The translations under genes were made by a program, and so were the position numbers. Shown here piece after piece: positions 43,742 through 51,468 of a stretch of 64,000 bases of DNA (positions are counted from its first letter, which is position 1; each line of letters starts with the position of its first letter). Location of the stretch: positions 1 through 64,000 of the IMG/VR virus record IMGVR_UViG_3300013094_000017; one strand, given 5' to 3'. The notes under the pieces are model-generated. The model was not told where the DNA came from. It worked only from the letters and a program-made list of their open reading frames with translations, and did not search any database.

Positions 43742-44133
43742 AAAAACTATTATTAGTAGCATTGTTATCCTTAAACGGATGTGCGTTAGTTGATGCGTAT
43801 CTAATGAAATACGATGTTATGGAATATAATCACATAACAGAGATTAGAACACTAGCCAGCATTGCTAAAGATAAATGTGATGATCCGCTGGCAGTGGTAG
43901 GGTATGCTGATAATATTGCTAATAAAACATTAAACTTCAAAAACTACACACAACATTTACCACACGACGAGCCTGCTGCCAATGCTGCAATTAAATTAAA
44001 TGAAATTGCGCAAGGCCTAAATGAAAAATACAAGAATGATTCAGTAAGCCCGATGTTCTGTAAAATTAAACTTGAATCGATTGAAAAGTCAGCAGAAACA
44101 ATGCAAACAACTATAGGAGCTAAACCAAGATGA
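43738..44133 (+). CDS. Putative lipoprotein
   Basis: Signal peptide with LNG-C lipobox. Confidence 0.65.
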   Translation: MKKLLLVALLSLNGCALVDAYLMKYDVMEYNHITEIRTLASIAKDKCDDPLAVVGYADNIANKTLNFKNYTQHLPHDEPAANAAIKLNEIAQGLNEKYKNDSVSPMFCKIKLESIEKSAETMQTTIGAKPR

Positions 44134-44384
44134 GCATAGAAGAAAATCAAGCAATATTAAGTAGCATCAGCAGTCCAGATCCAGAAGTAAATGTAGCAGC
44201 AGTAAAGGCTAATCAATACACTGCAATGTGTAAAGCTGGTCAAATCAGCGGTGCTGAACTAATTGAACTATTACAAGACATTCAACGTACAGCAGCAATT
44301 GACCAAACAATGAACGACCTACATTCATTAGAAATGCTAAATGTAGCAATTAACGCACTAGTAACAATCGCACAAGCTGTATAA
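44130..44384 (+). CDS. Hypothetical protein
   Basis: ORF track. Confidence 0.65.
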   Translation: MSIEENQAILSSISSPDPEVNVAAVKANQYTAMCKAGQISGAELIELLQDIQRTAAIDQTMNDLHSLEMLNVAINALVTIAQAV

Positions 44385-44445
44385 ACTGCTAATATAATCC
44401 CAAAACCCCATCCGTTAAATACTGCTATAACATAAGGAGTATTAA

Positions 44446-45063
44446 ATGGATGGTTTAACCAAGGCCCAACTAGGTCAATTAATTCCAGGTAATCCGTACC
44501 TAGATCACTGGTATGATGCATTATCGCAAGCATTACCAGATTACGATATTACAACCCCAAAACGCATCGCTGCTTTCTTAGCACAGTGCGCACACGAATC
44601 AGGTGGCTTTAGAGCTATCAAAGAAAACTTAAACTACAAAGCAGAATCGTTAGTTAGAGTATTTCCAAAGTATTTCCACTCTATTGACGAAGCTCAGCAA
44701 TATGCAAATAATCAATCAGCTATTGCTAATCGTGTTTATGCTTACCGCATGGGCAACGGTGACGAAGCAAGTGGCGATGGTTTCAGATACTGCGGCCGTG
44801 GTTTGATTCAAATCACAGGTAAGAGTAACTATCAAGCATTTGCTGATAGTCTACAAATGAATGTAAGTGATGCTCCAGATTATCTAGCCACATTTGAAGG
44901 CGCTGTACAATCAGCTTGCTGGTTTTGGGAAGCAAATAATCTTAACGCATTAGCAGACCAAGGTGATATTCTAGCACTTACTAAAAAGATCAACGGTGGT
45001 ACTATTGGGTTAGATGACCGTACTGCACGTTATAACAAAGCATTACAAGTATTAGGAGCATAA
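44446..45063 (+). CDS. Glycoside hydrolase family 19 endolysin
   Basis: AAFLAQCAHESGG...ENLNY, YCGRGLIQITGKSNY and INGG..GL.DR. Confidence 0.92.
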   Translation: MDGLTKAQLGQLIPGNPYLDHWYDALSQALPDYDITTPKRIAAFLAQCAHESGGFRAIKENLNYKAESLVRVFPKYFHSIDEAQQYANNQSAIANRVYAYRMGNGDEASGDGFRYCGRGLIQITGKSNYQAFADSLQMNVSDAPDYLATFEGAVQSACWFWEANNLNALADQGDILALTKKINGGTIGLDDRTARYNKALQVLGA

Positions 45064-45064
45064 G

Positions 45065-45637
45065 ATGGCATTATTAGATTCAGTATTAAACATGATAACC
45101 AAACAACCTAAAGATAGTAAACCGGCACCTGCAGGTTCACGTTCTGAACGCGAAGCTGCTATTAAAGGCAAAGCAGGGCTAGTGATCAATATATTTGCAG
45201 CCTTATTAGCATTTAATGTATGGTATGGCGGCGGATTAAGTTCCACAGTAATGAACAATACCATCAAAGCCAATGATATTTGGAACTTCTATCAAGCAAA
45301 GAGTATCAAACAAACCGATTACGAATTAGCAGCTCAAACTACTAGCGATCCAGTGAAGGCTAAGAAATTTAGTGAAAAAGCTGCCAGCTACGACCAGGGT
45401 GAAGAAGGCAAAGCAGCATTGTTTGAAAAGGCTAAGAAATTAGAAGCAGAGCGCGATCATGCTAAGAAGAAAAGTCCATGGATTGGTTATGCAGGTACAG
45501 CATATCAGTTGAGCATTGTATTACTATCAGCAAGTATCTTAGCAGTTAGTATGATGTTGTTTTGGAGCAGTTTCGTAGTAGCAGGATTGGGAGTTTTATT
45601 AATGAGCCAAGGTATTTGGCTTTGGTTACCAGTTTAA
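45065..45637 (+). CDS. DUF4337-like membrane protein
   Basis: TM helix, ND.WNFYQAKSIKQ, coiled region and two C-terminal TMs. Confidence 0.7.
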   Translation: MALLDSVLNMITKQPKDSKPAPAGSRSEREAAIKGKAGLVINIFAALLAFNVWYGGGLSSTVMNNTIKANDIWNFYQAKSIKQTDYELAAQTTSDPVKAKKFSEKAASYDQGEEGKAALFEKAKKLEAERDHAKKKSPWIGYAGTAYQLSIVLLSASILAVSMMLFWSSFVVAGLGVLLMSQGIWLWLPV

Positions 45638-45661
45638 CCACACACTATTAGGAGTAAGAAA

Positions 45662-46198
45662 ATGGCAGATGATCAAACAAGCGTAAGCGAACAAAAGAAA
45701 GAAGATTGGATGAACAGTAAATGGCGTCCGATGATGGGTTGGATGTATATGCTAGTCTGTATGATGGATTTCGTAGGATTTCCAATCTTATGGAGTTTAT
45801 TACAAGCATTACACGGCGGTACAGTAACTAGTCAATGGCAACCACTGACCTTGCAAGGTGCTGGATTATTCCACATTGCAATGGGTGCAGTTATTGGTAT
45901 TAGTGCGTATGGTCGTACACAAGAAAAGTTAAATGGTGCTAATAATGGCGGGGCAACTCCGGCAGCATTAGATCCTAGTAACTTAGCAGGATTCGCAGCA
46001 GGTTCAGGTACAACATATCAACCTCCGGTACCGGCTCCAGTAGTAGTAACCCCTCCGCCTGCACCTGCTCCAGTAGCCCCGGCTCCTGCGGCACCAGTAA
46101 CGGTAACTGTAGATGTTACACCAGCACCTGCTCCAGTAGCAACAACAGGATTTGGCGGCAAACCAGCACCAGCTCCTGAACCACAACCTGAACAATAA
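45662..46198 (+). CDS. Holin (3TM, GTA-holin-like) with Pro-rich tail
   Basis: WMNSKWRPMMGWMY...WQPLTLQG.G.FH.AMGAV.G..AYGRT.EK. Confidence 0.75.
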   Translation: MADDQTSVSEQKKEDWMNSKWRPMMGWMYMLVCMMDFVGFPILWSLLQALHGGTVTSQWQPLTLQGAGLFHIAMGAVIGISAYGRTQEKLNGANNGGATPAALDPSNLAGFAAGSGTTYQPPVPAPVVVTPPPAPAPVAPAPAAPVTVTVDVTPAPAPVATTGFGGKPAPAPEPQPEQ

Positions 46199-46209
46199 GG
46201 AAAAGAGAA

Positions 46210-46413
46210 ATGAAAATGATATCAACATTATTAGTAGGACTAGCATTAGTAGTAGCGGTACCGTCATACGCAGAAGGTGTAGCAACCAAAGTGTGTCATG
46301 ACAAGTTAGATAAGGCAGGCAAGCCTGTAGTAAAGAAAGGTAAGGTTGTACAAGATTGCAAGATGATCAAAGTACATAAGAAGTTAGAAGGCACAGTGGT
46401 TCCAAGTAAGTAA
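46210..46413 (+). CDS. Small secreted protein with a Cys pair
   Basis: Signal peptide (AxA), KVCH...QDCK. Confidence 0.65.
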   Translation: MKMISTLLVGLALVVAVPSYAEGVATKVCHDKLDKAGKPVVKKGKVVQDCKMIKVHKKLEGTVVPSK

Positions 46414-46420
46414 TCACTTA

Positions 46421-46460
46421 AAGGGGGTAGGTTGACACTTACCCCTTTTTCATCTATAAT
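46421..46460 (+). terminator. Intrinsic terminator whose loop contains the -35 box of the next promoter
   Basis: AAGGGGGTAG-GTTGACA-CTTACCCCTT-TTT. TTGACA at 46432 and TATAAT at 46455. Confidence 0.75.
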
Positions 46461-46466
46461 GTAACT

Positions 46467-47288
46467 ATGGATGCATATACTACATTAGGCGTTGCTCGAG
46501 ACGCTTCAGACGATGAAATCAAAAAAGCCTATCGCAAATTGGCCAGCCAACATCACCCCGACAAGGGCGGTGATACTGCTAAATTCCAAGAAATACAAAG
46601 TGCTTACGATACATTAAGCGATCCTCAAAAACGAGCAGAACACGATAATCCACGCCAAGCAAATAATTTTCATTTCCATACAGGTAATATGCCTCCAGGG
46701 TTTGAAGACATGTTCGGCGCTTTTGGGTTTGGTGATATTTTTGGGCACCGAGCACAAGCTCGTCCTCAGCGCAATAGTACACTAAATTTACACACATCGG
46801 TTAGTTTAGAAGAAGCATTTACAGGTAAAGAATTAGTAGCTACCGTACAATTGCCCAGCGGTAAAGAGCAGATTATTAACGTAAAAATACCAGCAGGTGT
46901 AACAGATGGTACTGTGTTGCGACTAAGAGAAATTGGTGATGATCGCATATCAGGTGTGCCAAAAGGCGATATTCACCTAACAGTTATGGTACGTAGTTCT
47001 GCTTTGTTTGAGAGACAAGGTGATGACCTAGTTAAATCAGTTGACATTTCTGCATTAGATGCTATACTAGGTATAGATAAGATAATATCTACGATAGATC
47101 ATAAGTCGTTAAATGTAACAATCCCAGCAGGTACGCAGCCAAATACCACATTAGCATTACACGGGCAAGGTATGCCTAATATGCACGATAGTAGATTTAG
47201 AGGTAGATTATTACTACGAATAAATGTTACAATCCCAACTAACTTAACTGATGAACAAAAAGAGTTCATTAGACAAGCAAGAGCTTAA
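46467..47288 (+). CDS. DnaJ-family co-chaperone lacking the Zn finger (CbpA-like)
   Basis: J domain with HPD, G/F linker, and C-terminal domain GDIHL...G.GMP. Confidence 0.9.
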   Translation: MDAYTTLGVARDASDDEIKKAYRKLASQHHPDKGGDTAKFQEIQSAYDTLSDPQKRAEHDNPRQANNFHFHTGNMPPGFEDMFGAFGFGDIFGHRAQARPQRNSTLNLHTSVSLEEAFTGKELVATVQLPSGKEQIINVKIPAGVTDGTVLRLREIGDDRISGVPKGDIHLTVMVRSSALFERQGDDLVKSVDISALDAILGIDKIISTIDHKSLNVTIPAGTQPNTTLALHGQGMPNMHDSRFRGRLLLRINVTIPTNLTDEQKEFIRQARA

Positions 47289-47317
47289 ATATTATTATTC
47301 ACTAAAAGGAAACATTA

Positions 47318-49588
47318 ATGTTAGAACCAAATAAAGATTTAGCACGCATCTTTGAAAACGCAATTACTGAAGCTAGCGTTAGAAATCACGAATATCTTAC
47401 CCTTGAACACTTCCTATATGGTCTAGTAATGGATAAGAAATTTGCTGCCTTATTAGATGAATACGGTGCCGACGTAGGTGAACTACGCAGCGACCTAACT
47501 ACTTTCATCGATGAAAACCTAAGAGACATTGCAAACTTACCAGAAGGTGCTCGTCCTAAGAAAACCAACACTATCGAACGTATGTTAAATCGTGCATTTA
47601 CACAGGTGTTATTCAGCGGTCGTCAACTTATTGAACCAGTCGATTGTATGATCAGTTTGTTCTCAGAAAAACAAAGTCACGCAAATTACTTTATGCGCAA
47701 GGCCAATATTGAAAAAGATACGTTCTTAGAATTCGTAACTAAAGAAACAGATATCGTTGAAGAAAAAGAAGGCGCAAGTGAAGTATCAGATCGTCAACTT
47801 GAAAAATTCTTAATTCAATATTGTGCTAATCTTACAGCCAAAGCTAAATCAAAACAAATTGATCCAGTCATTGGCCGTGAAAAAGAAATTGAAGAACTTA
47901 CATTAATCCTAGCTCGTCGACATAAATCAAACGTTATGTTAATTGGTGATCCAGGTGTAGGTAAGACTGCTATTGCAGAAGGAGTAGCACGTAAGATTAT
48001 CGAAGGTAATGTTCCTAACTTTATCAAAGACCATTCTGTATATTCATTAGATATTGGTGCAATGTTAGCTGGTAGTAAATATCGCGGTGATTTTGAAGAA
48101 CGTCTAAAGAATGTTATCTCAGCACTTGAAAAGAAAAAGAATTGTATCTTATTCATCGACGAAGCACACATGATGTCAGGTGCCGGCGCAGTTAGTGGCG
48201 GAGCAAATGATATGAGTAACATGCTTAAACCTGCACTAGGTAAAGGTACTATTAAAGTTATTGCTAGTACCACTTGGGAAGAGTTCCGTAAACACTTTGA
48301 AAAAGATCGCGCTCTAATGCGCCGCTTCCAAAAGGTTATGGTTAATGAGCCAGATGAAGCAACCTGCATTAAGATTGTCAAGGGCCTACGCAAGTATTAC
48401 GAAAAACATCATAATGTTAAGATTACTAATCAAGCTATTATTGATTCAGTTAAGTACAGTACAAAATATATGAGCGATAAGAAGCTTCCAGATAAAGCAT
48501 TTGACTTGATTGACTGTGCAGGCGCTCGATTTAAAATGCGTGATGAAGAAGGTGGCATTGTTGATCACGATGAAATCTTGTTTGAAGTTAGCCGTATTAC
48601 AGGTCTTCCGTTAGATCAAATTGCTGCTAAAGAAAACAAAAACCTACGCGATCTTGAAAAGAATATGAAAAACAAAGTGTTTGGCCAAGAAAAAGCAATT
48701 GAAGTATTGTTAGATAAGATCTTTATTGCACAAGCAGGATTGAAATCATTGAACAAGCCAATTGGTAGTTTCTTATTTACAGGGCCAACAGGTGTTGGTA
48801 AGACAGAGGCAGCTAAACAACTAGCGGCTAATATGAATGTTGAACTTGTACGTTTTGACATGAGTGAATACCAAGAACAACACTCAGTGGCTAAGTTTAT
48901 TGGTAGCCCTCCAGGTTATGTAGGATTTGAAGATAATGCCGGTCAGTTAGTTACTAAACTACAAGAACATCCAAATGCTATCTTGTTGTTTGATGAAGTA
49001 GAAAAAGCACACCCAAGTGTGTTAACTATCTTGTTAGGCCTAATGGACAATGGGTTTGTTACCGGTAGTAATGGTAAGAAAGCAGACGGTCGTAACTCGA
49101 TTATTATTATGACCAGTAACTTAGGTGCCAGCGATGCTGAGAAGAACAGTGTCGGTTTTGGTAGTTTAGAGCGTGATGGTGACCCTAAGGATGCTATTAA
49201 CAAGTTCTTTGCTCCGGAATTCCGCAATCGTTTAGATGGTATGATCCGCTTTGGCAAACTTGATCACGAAACAATGGTTAAAGTTGTTAAGAAATTCATG
49301 GACGATCTTAATGTATTGGTTAAAGAACGTAATGTACATGTTAAACCTACAGTTGAAGCAGTTGAATTCTTAATTAAGAAAGGATTTGACAGCAAGATGG
49401 GTGCTCGTCCATTGCAACGTACTATTGATGAGTTTATTAAGAAACCGTTGAGTAAAGAGATCTTATTTGGTCGACTAGTAAACGGCGGCATTGTTGAGAT
49501 TGGTGCTACTGATACTGAACTTACTTTAAACTATGTTGATGTGCTGCCATTGTTGGATAAGCCAAAAGCAGTTGAAGAAAGTCAATAA
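47318..49588 (+). CDS. clpA: ATP-dependent Clp protease ATP-binding subunit
   Basis: Clp-N domain and two AAA+ modules (GDPGVGKT, GPTGVGKT). GYVGF pore loop, VGF ClpP-docking loop and GARP. Confidence 0.93.
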   Translation: MLEPNKDLARIFENAITEASVRNHEYLTLEHFLYGLVMDKKFAALLDEYGADVGELRSDLTTFIDENLRDIANLPEGARPKKTNTIERMLNRAFTQVLFSGRQLIEPVDCMISLFSEKQSHANYFMRKANIEKDTFLEFVTKETDIVEEKEGASEVSDRQLEKFLIQYCANLTAKAKSKQIDPVIGREKEIEELTLILARRHKSNVMLIGDPGVGKTAIAEGVARKIIEGNVPNFIKDHSVYSLDIGAMLAGSKYRGDFEERLKNVISALEKKKNCILFIDEAHMMSGAGAVSGGANDMSNMLKPALGKGTIKVIASTTWEEFRKHFEKDRALMRRFQKVMVNEPDEATCIKIVKGLRKYYEKHHNVKITNQAIIDSVKYSTKYMSDKKLPDKAFDLIDCAGARFKMRDEEGGIVDHDEILFEVSRITGLPLDQIAAKENKNLRDLEKNMKNKVFGQEKAIEVLLDKIFIAQAGLKSLNKPIGSFLFTGPTGVGKTEAAKQLAANMNVELVRFDMSEYQEQHSVAKFIGSPPGYVGFEDNAGQLVTKLQEHPNAILLFDEVEKAHPSVLTILLGLMDNGFVTGSNGKKADGRNSIIIMTSNLGASDAEKNSVGFGSLERDGDPKDAINKFFAPEFRNRLDGMIRFGKLDHETMVKVVKKFMDDLNVLVKERNVHVKPTVEAVEFLIKKGFDSKMGARPLQRTIDEFIKKPLSKEILFGRLVNGGIVEIGATDTELTLNYVDVLPLLDKPKAVEESQ

Positions 49589-49622
49589 AGGTAGCATAAA
49601 TACTGCATCAGGATAATATACT

Positions 49623-50042
49623 ATGCCAGCATTAAGCTCACCATTTACTTTCATTATTAACTCAGGTACTTTCACTGCTACCTCAGTCGTTATACCATCA
49701 GCGGCTTATGCACCAGATGGAAGTACACTGTTTAACTCAATACCAGAAAAAGGCGATGGCTATTTCGGAGCCGCAGACGGTTTACACACAGTAACCTACA
49801 CAGTGACTCCGAATTTTGCTGGTACACTGACTATGCAGGCAACATTAGCAGTTACTCCAGTCGAATCAGATTGGTTTAATGTGGCTAACACTTCAGTAGA
49901 ATATGTTTGGCCTATTGTGCCGGCAACAACTACAACCAACTACTGTAACTTTACAGGTAACTTTGTTTGGGTGCGTGCGCAGGTATTCCGCACAGTTGAC
50001 CAACCAAACGGCACCTTAGAGTTTATCAACTATAACCACTAA
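49623..50042 (+). CDS. Probable virion structural protein
   Basis: Thr/Asn-rich beta-sandwich-like; TAAATA at 49597. Confidence 0.65.
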   Translation: MPALSSPFTFIINSGTFTATSVVIPSAAYAPDGSTLFNSIPEKGDGYFGAADGLHTVTYTVTPNFAGTLTMQATLAVTPVESDWFNVANTSVEYVWPIVPATTTTNYCNFTGNFVWVRAQVFRTVDQPNGTLEFINYNH

Positions 50043-50089
50043 TTGTTTCTTCGAATAAAACAGTATAAATACTCCATCGGAGTATTAAT

Positions 50090-50485
50090 ATGAAATTATA
50101 CGAATTTTTTGGTGTACCAACTTACGAATCAGATCCAGACAAAGATAGTCGGGATGACGTAAATGGACAAACACAAGCAGATAAAGATAAACTTGCCGAC
50201 GAAGTATATTGGTATATCTTAGATCACGATCAATTACACAAAGACTATTTCGTTCCATTAGCGAAAGAAATATCAGACAAACAAAAAGCAAAAGAGTTTG
50301 ATCACGGTGGTTACATTAAGAAGTGGATGCCGATGATTAATAAAGGTTGCATGGAGTTCTATAAAGAAGCTAAAATGGATCGTGATCCAAGAGACATTTT
50401 TCCTTTAGATATGCGTAAAGCATTATGTCATAGAATAGCAGAACAACATCATACTGATATAGAACAAGGTGCATACAAGACATAA
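50090..50485 (+). CDS. Hypothetical late protein with capsid-targeting-like N-terminus (MKLYEF)
   Basis: ORF track; TATAAATA at 50064. Confidence 0.75.
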   Translation: MKLYEFFGVPTYESDPDKDSRDDVNGQTQADKDKLADEVYWYILDHDQLHKDYFVPLAKEISDKQKAKEFDHGGYIKKWMPMINKGCMEFYKEAKMDRDPRDIFPLDMRKALCHRIAEQHHTDIEQGAYKT

Positions 50486-51468
50486 TGCTATTATCCGAAT
50501 TATTCCACCATAAAAAGAAACTAATAGAAGGCGGCAACGTATTTGCAGGCAAGACCACCTCTATTAAGCTCGAACACATTAAACCAACTTTAGATGCGTA
50601 CTTTGCAGAATTAAAACATCTGTTCCCAAAGAAAGCAGGCATATTTAACGAACAACATTTTGTTCCGCTCGGTTCAGTTGGTAAGAAAGCAGTATCAGGT
50701 GACATTGATCTTGGTGTTAGTGCCAGTGAACTTGTTGATAAAGAAATGAGCGATGCCAGTATAGCCGAATGGGGTATTGATCCCAAAGATGTTGCAGCAG
50801 AAGCAGAAGCCTTGCAAAAACGTGCTAGAAGTTCTACTCCAGAACAATCACGCATGAAAGCATTTAATAAATGCCTAGTACGTTATATTAATGCACATGC
50901 CCCGACATTACACTGCGATGAAACAAAAGTAACCAACGGTAATCTATTTGGATTATTTCCGCAGATAGACGAACAAGGCAATCACGTGGGCAGTGGTGTG
51001 CAAATTGATTGGATGATTGGAGATCTAAATTGGCTACGTTTCAGCTATCATTCAGCAGCATATCCAGAAGGGTCTAATGTTAAAGGTCTACACCGTACGC
51101 AATTAATGTTATCAGCGTTCCAAGTGGCAGGACTATCATTTAATCACGTTGATGGTGTTAAAGATAAAGCAACTGGAGAGATTATTGCTCGGGATCCAGA
51201 TCAAGCATTGACCATACTAGGACAACGTCTAGGATTTAAGATAACACAAGCAGATGCAGAAGATTATTATAAACTACATAATCTATTCAAAGCAAAAATG
51301 CGCCCAGAAGAATATAGTGCATTGCTAAACATCTACTTTAAGATATTAGACAGTACTCGCGCAGATATTCCTGACGATTTACAAGACGAATGGCGCAAAC
51401 GTCAATCGGCATTGGGCCTAACAGGTAAGTTCCTACCTGATAATTCAGCATTAAAGGTGAGACAATGA
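50485..51468 (+). CDS. Pol-beta-superfamily nucleotidyltransferase-like protein
   Basis: LGSVGKK..SGDIDL plus distal VQID; leader MLLSELF...LIE|GG. Confidence 0.7.
   Translation: MLLSELFHHKKKLIEGGNVFAGKTTSIKLEHIKPTLDAYFAELKHLFPKKAGIFNEQHFVPLGSVGKKAVSGDIDLGVSASELVDKEMSDASIAEWGIDPKDVAAEAEALQKRARSSTPEQSRMKAFNKCLVRYINAHAPTLHCDETKVTNGNLFGLFPQIDEQGNHVGSGVQIDWMIGDLNWLRFSYHSAAYPEGSNVKGLHRTQLMLSAFQVAGLSFNHVDGVKDKATGEIIARDPDQALTILGQRLGFKITQADAEDYYKLHNLFKAKMRPEEYSALLNIYFKILDSTRADIPDDLQDEWRKRQSALGLTGKFLPDNSALKVRQ

Noticed and set aside
47386-49491. Several antisense ORFs within clpA (and similar ones within 28872-33752, 51465-54416 and polB)
   Set aside because: Antisense shadows caused by RNY-biased codon usage of highly expressed genes. 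No RBS or motifs.
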